Positions 48,522-57,731 of a stretch of 64,000 bases of DNA are shown here, piece after piece. This DNA comes from a virus. Below the pieces are notes generated by a model. It was given only the letters and a program-made list of their open reading frames with translations. It ran no database searches and had not been told where the DNA came from. Numbering within the stretch: the first letter of the stretch is position 1; the number at the start of each line of letters is the position of its first letter. The position numbers were made by a program, and so were the translations under genes. The DNA lies in the IMG/VR virus record IMGVR_UViG_3300027586_000002, positions 1-64,000 of that record, one strand, 5' to 3'.

Positions 48522-49749
48522 CCCAGTTTTAGATATACAGAGATTCCTTTTTAATGGAGGAACTCTGGACCAGCTTAGAGAACAATATAAGTTAATAATA
48601 GTTGAACATGAAGATGGTAGAGTAATGTTTAATTATGATCAGATAGACTCTCCAAGAGGTGAAATGATATGCCAGGAATCTAGAGGGCTTATCTTGGAGA
48701 AAGGAACATGGGAACTAGTATCGCTAGGCTTTCATAGATTTTTCAACTCAGAAGAACTACCCTATGCGCACACACTTGATTTTAATTCTCAAGTAAGGGC
48801 TTTTCCAAAGATTGATGGTTCTTATGTATCAATGTATTACTATAAGGGCCAATGGAGGTTTTCTACTAGAGGTAGCATTGACGCATCTGGCAGTGTCGGA
48901 GACTTTCCGTTTACGTTTAAAGAGCTAATAGATAGCGTAAAGCCTAGTAACTTTACAGACTATTCATTACAAACTTCCGTAGATTTTACTTATATATTTG
49001 AGCTAGTCTCTCCGTATAACAAGATAGTGACCCCATATGAAAAGGCTGAGCTTATACTTATAGGGGCCAGAAAAGTAAGAGACACAGAATATTCATTGGC
49101 TGTTCCTATAGGCTTTGAGCTAGATTATAAATCACTCGGAGCAATAGCTATATATTTTGGCGTAAAGTTCTATGAAGGGGTAGACATATCTAATCTACTT
49201 GCGGTCATTAATCTTATAGCAAACATTAAGCCTACAGACGAAGGGTTTGTTGTGGTAGAACAGACTAACTCTGTAAGAGGGTTTAGAAGAGTTAAAATGA
49301 AGAACGCCTCATATGTAGCCCTTCATCATTTAAAGTCATCTGATGGTTGCAAGAATTTAGCTGTCATACTACAGAAGGATGAAGACTCAGAGGTAGCCTC
49401 CCTGTTACCAGAACTTAAGCAGCTATTAGATACAGCTAGAAATAAAATAGAACAATTAATTGTAGTATTAAATAATCAGTATGAGCTGGCCAACCACGTA
49501 GCAGATAAGGAGTTGGAGCCTAGAGCTAAGAGGAAAATATTTGCTGAGAATGCTCTAACATCTGCTGTTCCTGGTTTTCTATTTGAAAAGTATAATAAAC
49601 CAGCGCTAGGGTTTAGAGAGATAATTAGAACAGCGCAACCTGATAAGATAGCAGAGTTGATAGGGCTAAAAAACATAAAGCTATCTGTGTTTAATCAGAA
49701 GCAGGAGCGCACCCTCCCTCCCGCCCCACCGACCCCCATAGCTAGCTAG
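48496..49749 (+). CDS. T4 Rnl1-like RNA ligase
   Basis: ESRGLIL, RFFN, PKIDGS, STRG, FELVSP.N.IV..Y, EGFVV, RVKMKN..Y. Confidence 0.9.
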   Translation: MNSHTKNNDPVLDIQRFLFNGGTLDQLREQYKLIIVEHEDGRVMFNYDQIDSPRGEMICQESRGLILEKGTWELVSLGFHRFFNSEELPYAHTLDFNSQVRAFPKIDGSYVSMYYYKGQWRFSTRGSIDASGSVGDFPFTFKELIDSVKPSNFTDYSLQTSVDFTYIFELVSPYNKIVTPYEKAELILIGARKVRDTEYSLAVPIGFELDYKSLGAIAIYFGVKFYEGVDISNLLAVINLIANIKPTDEGFVVVEQTNSVRGFRRVKMKNASYVALHHLKSSDGCKNLAVILQKDEDSEVASLLPELKQLLDTARNKIEQLIVVLNNQYELANHVADKELEPRAKRKIFAENALTSAVPGFLFEKYNKPALGFREIIRTAQPDKIAELIGLKNIKLSVFNQKQERTLPPAPPTPIAS

Positions 49750-49770
49750 TCTTAAGGCAGGTATAATACT
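49712..49770 (+). promoter_or_regulatory. Putative promoter: C-rich tract plus GGTATAAT
   Basis: CCCTCCCTCCCGCCCC...GGTATAAT at 49760-49767, ~100 bp upstream of a high-GC ORF. Confidence 0.55.
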
Positions 49771-49865
49771 ATGGTGAAAGGCTAACTGCCTGACCATGTT
49801 TATACCTGTGTACCTTCAGGCATGAACATCTACAACGACAAAGGTAGAAGTGAGAGCAAAAAGTT

Positions 49866-50486
49866 ATGAAAAAAATCATTGTAAAGTTGTTGGCGTGGTG
49901 GCAGACACAGTTCTTGCGGCCCGCGTGGGATGAGGCCGACCGTCTCGAGAAGGTCTCCGCCGACGCCGCCACCCTTGCGGCCGAGAAAAAGCCCGACGAG
50001 CCCAAGGCCGACGAGAAGAAAAAGGACAAGAAGGAAAACGCCGAGAAGAAGGACGACGAGAAGAAGGTGACTCACACTCACTACGTCGCGGACCTTGACC
50101 GCCGTGGTTCGCTGGCGGTCGCGGTAGTGGTTCTGGTTCTGCTGGCTTCGGTCGCCTGGTTCGGCGGCCGGGAGATAGTCAGGATCGGGAGCGAAGAATT
50201 GCAGAAGGAATGGCAGAAAGCCTTCCCCACCACGGCGCCTAAGAAATCCCAGCCGGTGGTGAAAGTGCTCCCCGCCGCGCCAAGACCGCCGCTGCCCTAT
50301 AAGGGCAACCTGGCGGAGACGGTAGGATTCTTCGCAGCACGTCGCATTGACGCAGCCACGGCCAAGATGGCGCGGCTGGAGGGATGGAGCCGCATGCCAG
50401 ATAAATCATTCGCCGCCGGCCGATGGGTAGCATGGGCGGGCGGCGAAGTGGTCACGTATGACTACGTGGCCCAGAAATGGGAGTGA
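49866..50486 (+). CDS. High-GC single-pass membrane protein
   Basis: K/E/D-rich tract, TM LAVAVVVLVLLASVAWFGG; G/C-ending codons. Confidence 0.7.
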   Translation: MKKIIVKLLAWWQTQFLRPAWDEADRLEKVSADAATLAAEKKPDEPKADEKKKDKKENAEKKDDEKKVTHTHYVADLDRRGSLAVAVVVLVLLASVAWFGGREIVRIGSEELQKEWQKAFPTTAPKKSQPVVKVLPAAPRPPLPYKGNLAETVGFFAARRIDAATAKMARLEGWSRMPDKSFAAGRWVAWAGGEVVTYDYVAQKWE

Positions 50487-50506
50487 CGGTGGAGTAGAAA
50501 TGTTAA

Positions 50507-50540
50507 AGAGTGGCACCTGGGAAAACCTGGGTGCCACTCT
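50507..50540 (+). terminator. Hairpin / terminator
   Basis: AGAGTGGCACC...GGTGCCACTCT. Confidence 0.6.
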
Positions 50541-50623
50541 GACTTATATAAATCAATTTTGATTAAAGAGCTAACTTTACTTTAGCTATTAGCTATTTAT
50601 ATTTTAAACCAGTAGTAATTTTT

Positions 50624-51520
50624 ATGAACACCGCATTAAATAACCAACTAGCAGAGCAATTGACAGCATCAGCTCCCAAATTAGTGTTAGTAGAAAATAA
50701 AGGCATTCCTGAAGTCACACAGGTTATGGCATCAATTGATAATCAGATAGCTTGCTTACAAGCAAACGCCGGCACGATAAACCTTGACCAAGAGATGCAA
50801 AAGCTTGGTCGTGGCTGGGTACGAGGCTCCAAAATTAACAATGTTAATAACGTACATATGTTAAAACAAATGTTGAGCCGTGTTACCAAATTGCTAGACA
50901 GAACCGATATGGCTGACGGAACCACAGCCTACAGGTTTTTCATACCTGACGAATATACAGCAGTGACATGCTGGGTCAGACTGCAAGAGCTAGGGCAAAG
51001 AAGGCTTGTGTTCAAGCCAAAGCATAATGTCTCAGGTCACTCCCGCAAGCCACAATTTGATTGCCAGATTGTTGTAGGCTACCGGTTGGCTATACCAGAG
51101 CTACATACTGAAGATGAAGCTTTCTTCTATGCTCCAGACGTAGCACCTATCGCTACAAATATAGTTACATTTGTAGTTAACACCAAAGAGAACAGGCTGG
51201 TAAAGTGGCTGCCTGGAGAAGACAAAGAGCGTTTTCGCCCTACCAGCGATCTTAAAACGCACTGGGTAAACTGCTGCAACTATCCAAAAGAGAAATATCA
51301 GCCTAAGGCTAAAAATGTGCCAGCTGAGTCAAAGCTGTCAGATAATAATATTACACTTACTCCAAGACCTATAATGTCGTCGCTCCCACCAATAATGGCA
51401 GTGAAACCTAAAATACAAGAAGAAGACGAGGTATCATTTGTATTTGCTCTAAAAGAGGAGCTAAAGAAAGATGGGCTGTTGATTTCTACCTTCGAGCAAA
51501 TGGGTATGTCAAAGCACTAA
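50624..51520 (+). CDS. Hypothetical protein
   Basis: 298-aa ORF. Confidence 0.7.
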   Translation: MNTALNNQLAEQLTASAPKLVLVENKGIPEVTQVMASIDNQIACLQANAGTINLDQEMQKLGRGWVRGSKINNVNNVHMLKQMLSRVTKLLDRTDMADGTTAYRFFIPDEYTAVTCWVRLQELGQRRLVFKPKHNVSGHSRKPQFDCQIVVGYRLAIPELHTEDEAFFYAPDVAPIATNIVTFVVNTKENRLVKWLPGEDKERFRPTSDLKTHWVNCCNYPKEKYQPKAKNVPAESKLSDNNITLTPRPIMSSLPPIMAVKPKIQEEDEVSFVFALKEELKKDGLLISTFEQMGMSKH

Positions 51521-51524
51521 CTAT

Positions 51525-51869
51525 ATGAATACAAAAGCAATAACACAGGTAGCGCTTGGGTTATTAGCGCTTGGGTTTTCAGCAATAACCGCCAAAGTTA
51601 TAGCTGATAGATATTACGATACTTCTAATATTCAAGTAGTCTATATAGCCGCCTTAGTGCTGGCTTCATTGGAAAATTTGGCAATGTTTGTTGTGTCTTT
51701 CTTTGTCTATGATGAAGAAGACATAAAAATACATAAAGTAGAGTTGGATAATATTGCGTTAAGAAGGGATAATATTGAGCTGCAAAGACAGTTAAACGCA
51801 GTCAATATATACACAGATCAACTGGAAAAAAATCAGAAGTCCAGGTCACCCCTCCAACACACTCGTTAA
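51525..51869 (+). CDS. Membrane protein with two TM helices and a coiled coil
   Basis: Two hydrophobic helices followed by a heptad pattern. Confidence 0.6.
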   Translation: MNTKAITQVALGLLALGFSAITAKVIADRYYDTSNIQVVYIAALVLASLENLAMFVVSFFVYDEEDIKIHKVELDNIALRRDNIELQRQLNAVNIYTDQLEKNQKSRSPLQHTR

Positions 51870-52136
51870 GGACTCAGCTACTGTTTCTGGCAATTTAGAC
51901 TTAACCTTCTTTATTGCCTTTAACAGTATAGCTCTGTCTTTCTTTGATTTGATTTGCCATTTAGCATAGGTGTTATTGCTTTTTTTATAAGTATAGGTAA
52001 AACAACTTCCACCAAAAAACTCCTTTAGTTTAAAAGTGAGTGGTTGTTTTGACATAGGTAATGATATGGTAATTTCTTTATACCTATTATTAATTGACAC
52101 ATTGGAATAAATTACGCCGAGCAAAAAAGAAATCAT
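51846..52136 (-). CDS. Degenerate LAGLIDADG-fold protein
   Basis: FLLGVIYSNVSI (no catalytic D/E), LKEFFGG, W.I.S...LL.AI; the track start at 52223 is an alternative. Confidence 0.5.
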   Translation of the reverse strand: MISFLLGVIYSNVSINNRYKEITISLPMSKQPLTFKLKEFFGGSCFTYTYKKSNNTYAKWQIKSKKDRAILLKAIKKVKSKLPETVAESLTSVLEG

Positions 52137-52329
52137 GAACCGATCATTAGCAGTATTGTTGGCTTTTTTTATAGTAATAGCGTTACTTACAGGAAGATTG
52201 GTAGACATATTAATCTTTTGCACAATAACAGCTCTTAGTTATACATTGATAAAACAATTTAGTAAAGAGAAAACAGTTGAGCCAAAAGCCCCGTCACGCA
52301 ACAAAAACTATAACAAGAAATCACGATAA
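52135..52329 (+). CDS. Small two-TM membrane protein
   Basis: Two hydrophobic helices with a basic C-tail. Confidence 0.55.
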   Translation: MNRSLAVLLAFFIVIALLTGRLVDILIFCTITALSYTLIKQFSKEKTVEPKAPSRNKNYNKKSR

Positions 52330-52331
52330 TT

Positions 52332-53864
52332 ATGCCCAAGAATAACGAAGTAGAAGTAGCAGACCAGCCATCAACGCAACAAACAAGCCAGGCCTTCGCA
52401 CAGTTGGAAGCCATGGAAATATTAGCTAAAGCTCTGGCAAGGGCCCAAAGCACACCATTCAAAGACATCACCGTGGTTCGCACAGGTGATCAAATTATAC
52501 TGCCTGAAGGCATGTCCTACGCCGACGCCCATGTGTGGCTGAGGAAGAAGGAAGATGCTGAGGAGAGTGTTGTAGCTGTCCATGCAGAAATCCCATGCTA
52601 TCCGTTGGATGGTATGTTGGCGCTGTCTAAAGCGCTACAAAGGATATATGGGTTTACAAGTTTGGCTGGTACGCCGACTTTCTTCGGCCAGGAGTTTCCT
52701 CCTGTGATTGTGCAAGTCCCAACGGGCGTGCATACCTCTGAGCCAGCCATTTATGGACGCATCCAACCGCCAACATTAGAGGGCGGATACCTGCAGCCTG
52801 TCGTGGGAAAGGAACAGAAATTCACAATCTCTGGTCAGGTAAAACGCAAGTTCGAAAAGGACGTTGAGCGCATATTCCAGGTTACGAGAGAGATTCTCGC
52901 TAACAGCAGCATATATAAAGGCCAGGCGATCATGATAGATCTTTCTTATCTCAATCGCCCTAATCATGAGTTTAATCCTGCCAACGATGCACCAAAGTTC
53001 ATGGACCTTACAGGTGTGAGCGAAGACAAGCTCATCCTTAACAAAGGAACAAAGTTCAGCCTCACAACAAGCATATATACATTGCTTGAGCAATCAGAAG
53101 CCTGCAAGGCTAACGGCATTACACTAAAGCATGGAGCATTGTTCATGGGCCCTTACGGCACCGGTAAAACCATGACTGCGCGGGTAATAGCACACAAAGC
53201 TACGACCAATAAGTGGACATTCATATATCTAAAGCAGCCTGATCATATTGCACACGCACTAAAATTGGCTGAGCAATATTCTCCTGCGGTGGTCTTTGCA
53301 GAGGACATTGACCAGGTCACCAATGGAGAGCGCGATGATAAGCTAAACAACATCCTTAACACATTGGACGGTATTGACACCAAAGACAAAGCGGTCATTA
53401 CTATTCTTACAACCAATCATCCTGAAAAAATAAACCCAGGCATCCTTAGAGCCGGGCGCATAGACTCAGTGATACATATGGACGCGCCTGACAGTGAGGC
53501 TGCGGAAAAATTCGTTAAGGTTTATACAGACAATGGCAGGCTGTTGTCTCCTGATATTAATTTGGAGCCTATCGGTCTGGCTCTCGCTGGATTCGTGCCG
53601 GCATTTATATCTGAAGCCGTCCAGCGCGCTAAGCGCAGGGCAATTTACCGTCATGGGGCGGATATCGCAGGCAAAGTCAGCGAAGAGGATCTCTGCCTCG
53701 CCGCCGCCGAGCTAAAGAATCATATCAAGATGGTCAATCGTGTGCAGCCGGCTTCACATGCTGAAAACACACTTGCAGCTCTGAACACACTGCTGCGACC
53801 AGTTGCAAACTTGGTAAACGAAGCTGAGGATAGGCTCATAGATTCAATTGAGTCATCGAAATAA
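52332..53864 (+). CDS. AAA+ ATPase
   Basis: GPYGTGKT, FAEDID, ILNTLDG, TTNHPEKI, RAGRID. Confidence 0.9.
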   Translation: MPKNNEVEVADQPSTQQTSQAFAQLEAMEILAKALARAQSTPFKDITVVRTGDQIILPEGMSYADAHVWLRKKEDAEESVVAVHAEIPCYPLDGMLALSKALQRIYGFTSLAGTPTFFGQEFPPVIVQVPTGVHTSEPAIYGRIQPPTLEGGYLQPVVGKEQKFTISGQVKRKFEKDVERIFQVTREILANSSIYKGQAIMIDLSYLNRPNHEFNPANDAPKFMDLTGVSEDKLILNKGTKFSLTTSIYTLLEQSEACKANGITLKHGALFMGPYGTGKTMTARVIAHKATTNKWTFIYLKQPDHIAHALKLAEQYSPAVVFAEDIDQVTNGERDDKLNNILNTLDGIDTKDKAVITILTTNHPEKINPGILRAGRIDSVIHMDAPDSEAAEKFVKVYTDNGRLLSPDINLEPIGLALAGFVPAFISEAVQRAKRRAIYRHGADIAGKVSEEDLCLAAAELKNHIKMVNRVQPASHAENTLAALNTLLRPVANLVNEAEDRLIDSIESSK

Positions 53865-53951
53865 CTAGATTGGGTGGAGGTAGAGAAATCTGCCTCCACC
53901 CAAATCATTTTACGTGTACCATTTAACATTAGCTGGTATACTAAATTCAAT

Positions 53952-54218
53952 ATGAAAAAACCAAGAAAGTTTAAGTTTCCTATATCGATACTAAACTCCA
54001 TTAATGAATGTACACAGGGATATTTCCTTGTGACTGTCACTAGTGATCGTGAATTTGAGATTTACCAAAATCTTAATGATACAGTTGATCATATGGCAGT
54101 AATTCATTTTCTTGATGTTCATGCACAGGTGATGAAAGACGCTGTGCTGCACCAAGCAGCTAAACAGTTTGGAAAGACCGAGGCCGGTAACAATGGAGAA
54201 AATTTAGACCGATCTTAG
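53952..54218 (+). CDS. Hypothetical protein
   Basis: ATG at 53952, after the hairpin at 53868-53905. Confidence 0.55.
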   Translation: MKKPRKFKFPISILNSINECTQGYFLVTVTSDREFEIYQNLNDTVDHMAVIHFLDVHAQVMKDAVLHQAAKQFGKTEAGNNGENLDRS

Positions 54219-54388
54219 TCTCTTAATGAGTTGGTCGATTTATGTACACAAATACATTCTTTAATGATTTGTGCTATGATCTTTGTGCTTTTATCGAGGT
54301 TTTGACCTGTATGTAATTGATCATTTCTAAATACTAACTTCTTTTTGTTTTTACCATCAAATATTTCAATGGTAATTTTAACTTTCAT
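54215..54388 (-). CDS. 57-aa hypothetical protein (not in the ORF track)
   Basis: MKVKITIEIFDGKNKKKLVF...; TAATG coupling to the lipoprotein stop. Confidence 0.45.
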   Translation of the reverse strand: MKVKITIEIFDGKNKKKLVFRNDQLHTGQNLDKSTKIIAQIIKECICVHKSTNSLRD

Positions 54389-55281
54389 TACATCTTACGC
54401 TGAGTGAAATAGTTTATAATATTCCTATCTCCATCAGGTGTAGTAGACTTGGAAAGCTGTGTTTTTAGAAGTTCTAGATTACGTTCTGAATGTTCTTCCA
54501 ACAAGCTTAAAACCTCTGCTTTAGAAAATTCTTTATTCTCTGGAACATTTCTTAGCAGCTCTTGTTCTATAGGCTCATTCTTAAGTTGGTCTTTAAAGGA
54601 TTCCACACCATTCATAATATTTACAGCCATTTTCTTTCCAACTACACCAAAGAAGTTAGCCAAAGGTGGAACAGCTCCAATTAACCAGGATAAAACAGAC
54701 CCCATCAACGGCAGTAATGCTGGGAATAACACAACCAGCGCAATTAAACCTCCAATACCGATGGTTCCCATTGTCCAAGCCCATATGCGGGTTACCAATG
54801 ACTTGTTTTGCTCTTGTTCATATTTTTTACCTAGCTCTACAAGTTGATTTCTTAATGCTTCCCTTTCCTTCTCGGCAATAGCTTTTTCTTCTAGTAGCTT
54901 TTGCTCTCTGTCGAACCTAGCCAATAGCTCTTTATAATCAGCAGTCTTATCCATGACCGGCGAAGCGACCATTGCTGCCACATTAATTGGAGTAACAGGT
55001 AGACCGTGCAACCCTACGTTTTTATCTGCCGTAATTTTTGCTATTGTAACCGAGTTACTGACCACGTTATTAGTAGACACATCAGATGGTACGTTCTTTA
55101 ATGCATCATACGTGGCTTTGGTAAGGGCTTTCTTTTCTTCATCAATCTCAGTGTTTACTTCATTAAGTTTGGTAGTAACTTTATTCTCGTTCTTGCCCAA
55201 TATGCCACAAGAGGTTAACCCACTTATACAAAATACAGCTAGTAACAGACATAGCAGAATATTAAATAGGTTTTTCATCAT
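54388..55281 (-). CDS. Lipoprotein with coiled coil and C-proximal TM helices (spanin-like architecture)
   Basis: MMKNLFNILLCLLLAVFCISGLTS-C lipobox, coiled coil, TM IWAWTMGTIGIGGLIALVVLFPALL. Confidence 0.65.
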   Translation of the reverse strand: MMKNLFNILLCLLLAVFCISGLTSCGILGKNENKVTTKLNEVNTEIDEEKKALTKATYDALKNVPSDVSTNNVVSNSVTIAKITADKNVGLHGLPVTPINVAAMVASPVMDKTADYKELLARFDREQKLLEEKAIAEKEREALRNQLVELGKKYEQEQNKSLVTRIWAWTMGTIGIGGLIALVVLFPALLPLMGSVLSWLIGAVPPLANFFGVVGKKMAVNIMNGVESFKDQLKNEPIEQELLRNVPENKEFSKAEVLSLLEEHSERNLELLKTQLSKSTTPDGDRNIINYFTQRKM

Positions 55282-55546
55282 TATCCTCACTTTCGTTGTC
55301 ATCTGGTTTATTAAAGATATCTCTAACGCTGTCCTCGTATATCTTATCAACAATTAACAATTCACTTACACCAGGAAGCCCGGTATAAATACCAAGTTTT
55401 TTCTTTTCGGTGGAGCACTGAACATGGGTCCATTGATGAGTAGGAGTACCAAGCATTAACAGCGCGTTAATTCGCTTCTTTGGTATCTCACCGTCACAAT
55501 TTACACACTTATATTGCTTGTAATTTACTTTTCTCTTTTCATCCAT
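55262..55546 (-). CDS. TraR/DksA-like zinc-finger protein
   Basis: KCVNCDGEIPKKRINAL...THVQCS (CxxC...IP..R..A...HxxC). Confidence 0.6.
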   Translation of the reverse strand: MDEKRKVNYKQYKCVNCDGEIPKKRINALLMLGTPTHQWTHVQCSTEKKKLGIYTGLPGVSELLIVDKIYEDSVRDIFNKPDDNESEDNDEKPI

Positions 55547-55548
55547 AC

Positions 55549-57291
55549 TTAAGCCTCAGGTGGTTTATTTTGTTGTTTGGCTCTGTCTACTCCATCCTTC
55601 TTGGCTCCACTAGTTAGCTGTTCCAAGGCGGCTTTGACTGCGCCATATAGTGTTTCATCGCTGGCCTTAACCTCTTGAAGTTTCTGTCTTCTCCCTGCTG
55701 CATCCAGAGGGAATAGCTGCTGCGCGATCTCTTGGGCCTTCTCAAGCACATCTTGAGGAGAACCACCACCACCACCACCACCACCACCACCACCGCTACC
55801 GGCGTCAGCCATTTGTTGTAGCTGTTCCTTTGTTTGCTCTTCTTGCTGTAACTCCTTAAGCGTACGGTCCTCATCAATCTTTTTACGTATTTGCTCACGA
55901 TAATCGAAACCATACAAGCCGAGTAGCTCGCTTCTAGCAATAGCGTTAGCGGATACAAGCTGACCAATAATACTTTTACGTTCCATATCATCGCTAAGAG
56001 TAACAGGCACCAAGCTAACCTTAGCGTCTGGAAGACCTTTTATTTTCGCTATGACTTCAGCAATGTGCCCCAATAGATCATTATAAATATCTATAATTGG
56101 AGCCCAAGAATTTTCAAACAATCTAAGGGCCGGCCCCGCCGCCTGAACAGTTAAACTCATGTTGTACAGCTCTTGTGGAATATTTAAGGCATTTAAAATA
56201 TTAGCTCTGGCATTGTTGATAAGCTCAACTGGAGCCAGGTTTTTGGCATCGCCTCCTAATTGTTGAAAATCTAATGGGAATGGGAAAGTATGGTATGAAG
56301 CAGGATCAACACGATGTTCTTTAATCATCTGATCCACCGCAGAAGTCCACTTACCGCCGTGCTGTGTTAATATTGGGTTAGCTTGACCATTAACTTCCTT
56401 TGCCATAGATATTACTCTAAATGGAGCGATGTCTTCCATACATATAGCTTCATTGAATCTTTCCATTACTTTCAATAGAAAGAAGTCGTCAAACATATAA
56501 ATACAACGAGGAATAGACTTACCATCACTTTTAATGCCTGCAGGAGTAGGCATTTTTAAATGCACGAAGTTCTTAGTATTGAACTCCAGCATCCGCTCAT
56601 TAATGATTGCGTCATATATGATCTTTGGAGTTTTCTTACTAAAGAATTTATTATCAGTTCTTATAACCTTTTCAACATAAGCTTTAGGTATGTCCCAAAA
56701 GTATTGTGAAGAACCTGTGGTTTCTTCAAATCTTATTACAATTTCCCTTGGGTCCCAGAAAGTGAGGTTAAGTTTGTCTAAATCCTTGGAAGGTTTGTCT
56801 ACTCCCTCATGTATACCAGTATAGTTACAGCTAGGACATTTATAACTAAACTTGCCTTTCTTAGAGAATTTATAATTATTAAGTTTGTCGATATTACTGT
56901 GTTTACCACACTTAGGACACACTAGGAAGCGCTCAAATCCTTGGTTAACAGATACAAACACATTGCTATAGGCTAGTAAGTTTAGCCCAGCCATTGACAG
57001 TATTTGCTTCCAATGTAGATCGTCGAAAATCTCTTTATACTTTCGCTTAGCAGTAGAGTCATCACATTCAATTTTAAGCGAAGTTATAAAGTAGTTAGCA
57101 ATACGACTTAAGGCTGCATGATAAAAACCAAACCTTAAAAGAAAATGATTAGCCCACCACAACATACCATCCGGGGAATTAAGTGGTATATACTTTTGAG
57201 CTACCCCATAGAAAGGATTGGCGTATGAATCTCGCTTACTCCCTGCTCCTGTGAAAAATCCGGACGGTCCTGGAGAATTATCTAGCGACAT
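55549..57291 (-). CDS. Portal protein (with zinc-ribbon insertion)
   Basis: 580 aa; helical N-terminus, CPKC..CPSC insert, WDP.EI, HLK, FQQLGGDA, I.NAL.IP.EL. Confidence 0.7.
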   Translation of the reverse strand: MSLDNSPGPSGFFTGAGSKRDSYANPFYGVAQKYIPLNSPDGMLWWANHFLLRFGFYHAALSRIANYFITSLKIECDDSTAKRKYKEIFDDLHWKQILSMAGLNLLAYSNVFVSVNQGFERFLVCPKCGKHSNIDKLNNYKFSKKGKFSYKCPSCNYTGIHEGVDKPSKDLDKLNLTFWDPREIVIRFEETTGSSQYFWDIPKAYVEKVIRTDNKFFSKKTPKIIYDAIINERMLEFNTKNFVHLKMPTPAGIKSDGKSIPRCIYMFDDFFLLKVMERFNEAICMEDIAPFRVISMAKEVNGQANPILTQHGGKWTSAVDQMIKEHRVDPASYHTFPFPLDFQQLGGDAKNLAPVELINNARANILNALNIPQELYNMSLTVQAAGPALRLFENSWAPIIDIYNDLLGHIAEVIAKIKGLPDAKVSLVPVTLSDDMERKSIIGQLVSANAIARSELLGLYGFDYREQIRKKIDEDRTLKELQQEEQTKEQLQQMADAGSGGGGGGGGGGGSPQDVLEKAQEIAQQLFPLDAAGRRQKLQEVKASDETLYGAVKAALEQLTSGAKKDGVDRAKQQNKPPEA

Positions 57292-57454
57292 TGTTATCTC
57301 CTTCTTGGCTAATTTTTTTAGGCGTCTTCAGCTTTGATTTATTGTCCTCGTCTGCTACTTCAAACCCCTCGTCATCAAAGTATTCTGCCTTTTTAACTGT
57401 ATCAAAATCACTAAGAGATTGAGCTGTGAGCATACCGTGTTTTGTAAGAGGCAT
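57278..57454 (-). CDS. 58-aa hypothetical protein upstream of portal (not in the ORF track)
   Basis: MPLTKHGMLTAQSLSDFDTVKKAEYFDDEGFEV...; overlaps the portal start. Confidence 0.5.
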   Translation of the reverse strand: MPLTKHGMLTAQSLSDFDTVKKAEYFDDEGFEVADEDNKSKLKTPKKISQEGDNNVAR

Positions 57455-57455
57455 A

Positions 57456-57731
57456 TTACTTGATAGTTTGTATAGGTGTGTGGTCCTTCAGCATACTTAA
57501 TAGTGCAATTGGGGATAGAGCAACCGCTCCAGCCGCCGCGCCATAATCTTTAACTTGATCTATAATCTCTCGACTACGATCTCGTTCAGGCTCTTCATTC
57601 TTATCCTCGGCATTATCATTCTTATCCTCGGCATTATCATTCTTATCCTCGGCATTATCATTCTTATCCTTGCCGTTGTCATTCTTACGAAGAGTGCGCT
57701 CAACGTTTTTATATGTTAGTTTATTCTTCAT
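57456..57731 (-). CDS. Hypothetical protein with a DKNDNAE repeat
   Basis: 91-aa ORF. Confidence 0.55.
   Translation of the reverse strand: MKNKLTYKNVERTLRKNDNGKDKNDNAEDKNDNAEDKNDNAEDKNEEPERDRSREIIDQVKDYGAAAGAVALSPIALLSMLKDHTPIQTIK
57595..57670. repeat. 21-bp coding tandem repeat (3+ copies)
   Basis: TCATTCTTATCCTCGGCATTA x3 plus a partial copy. Confidence 0.9.

Noticed and set aside
55762-55795. (ACC)n microsatellite
   Set aside because: It simply encodes the poly-Gly linker of the portal.
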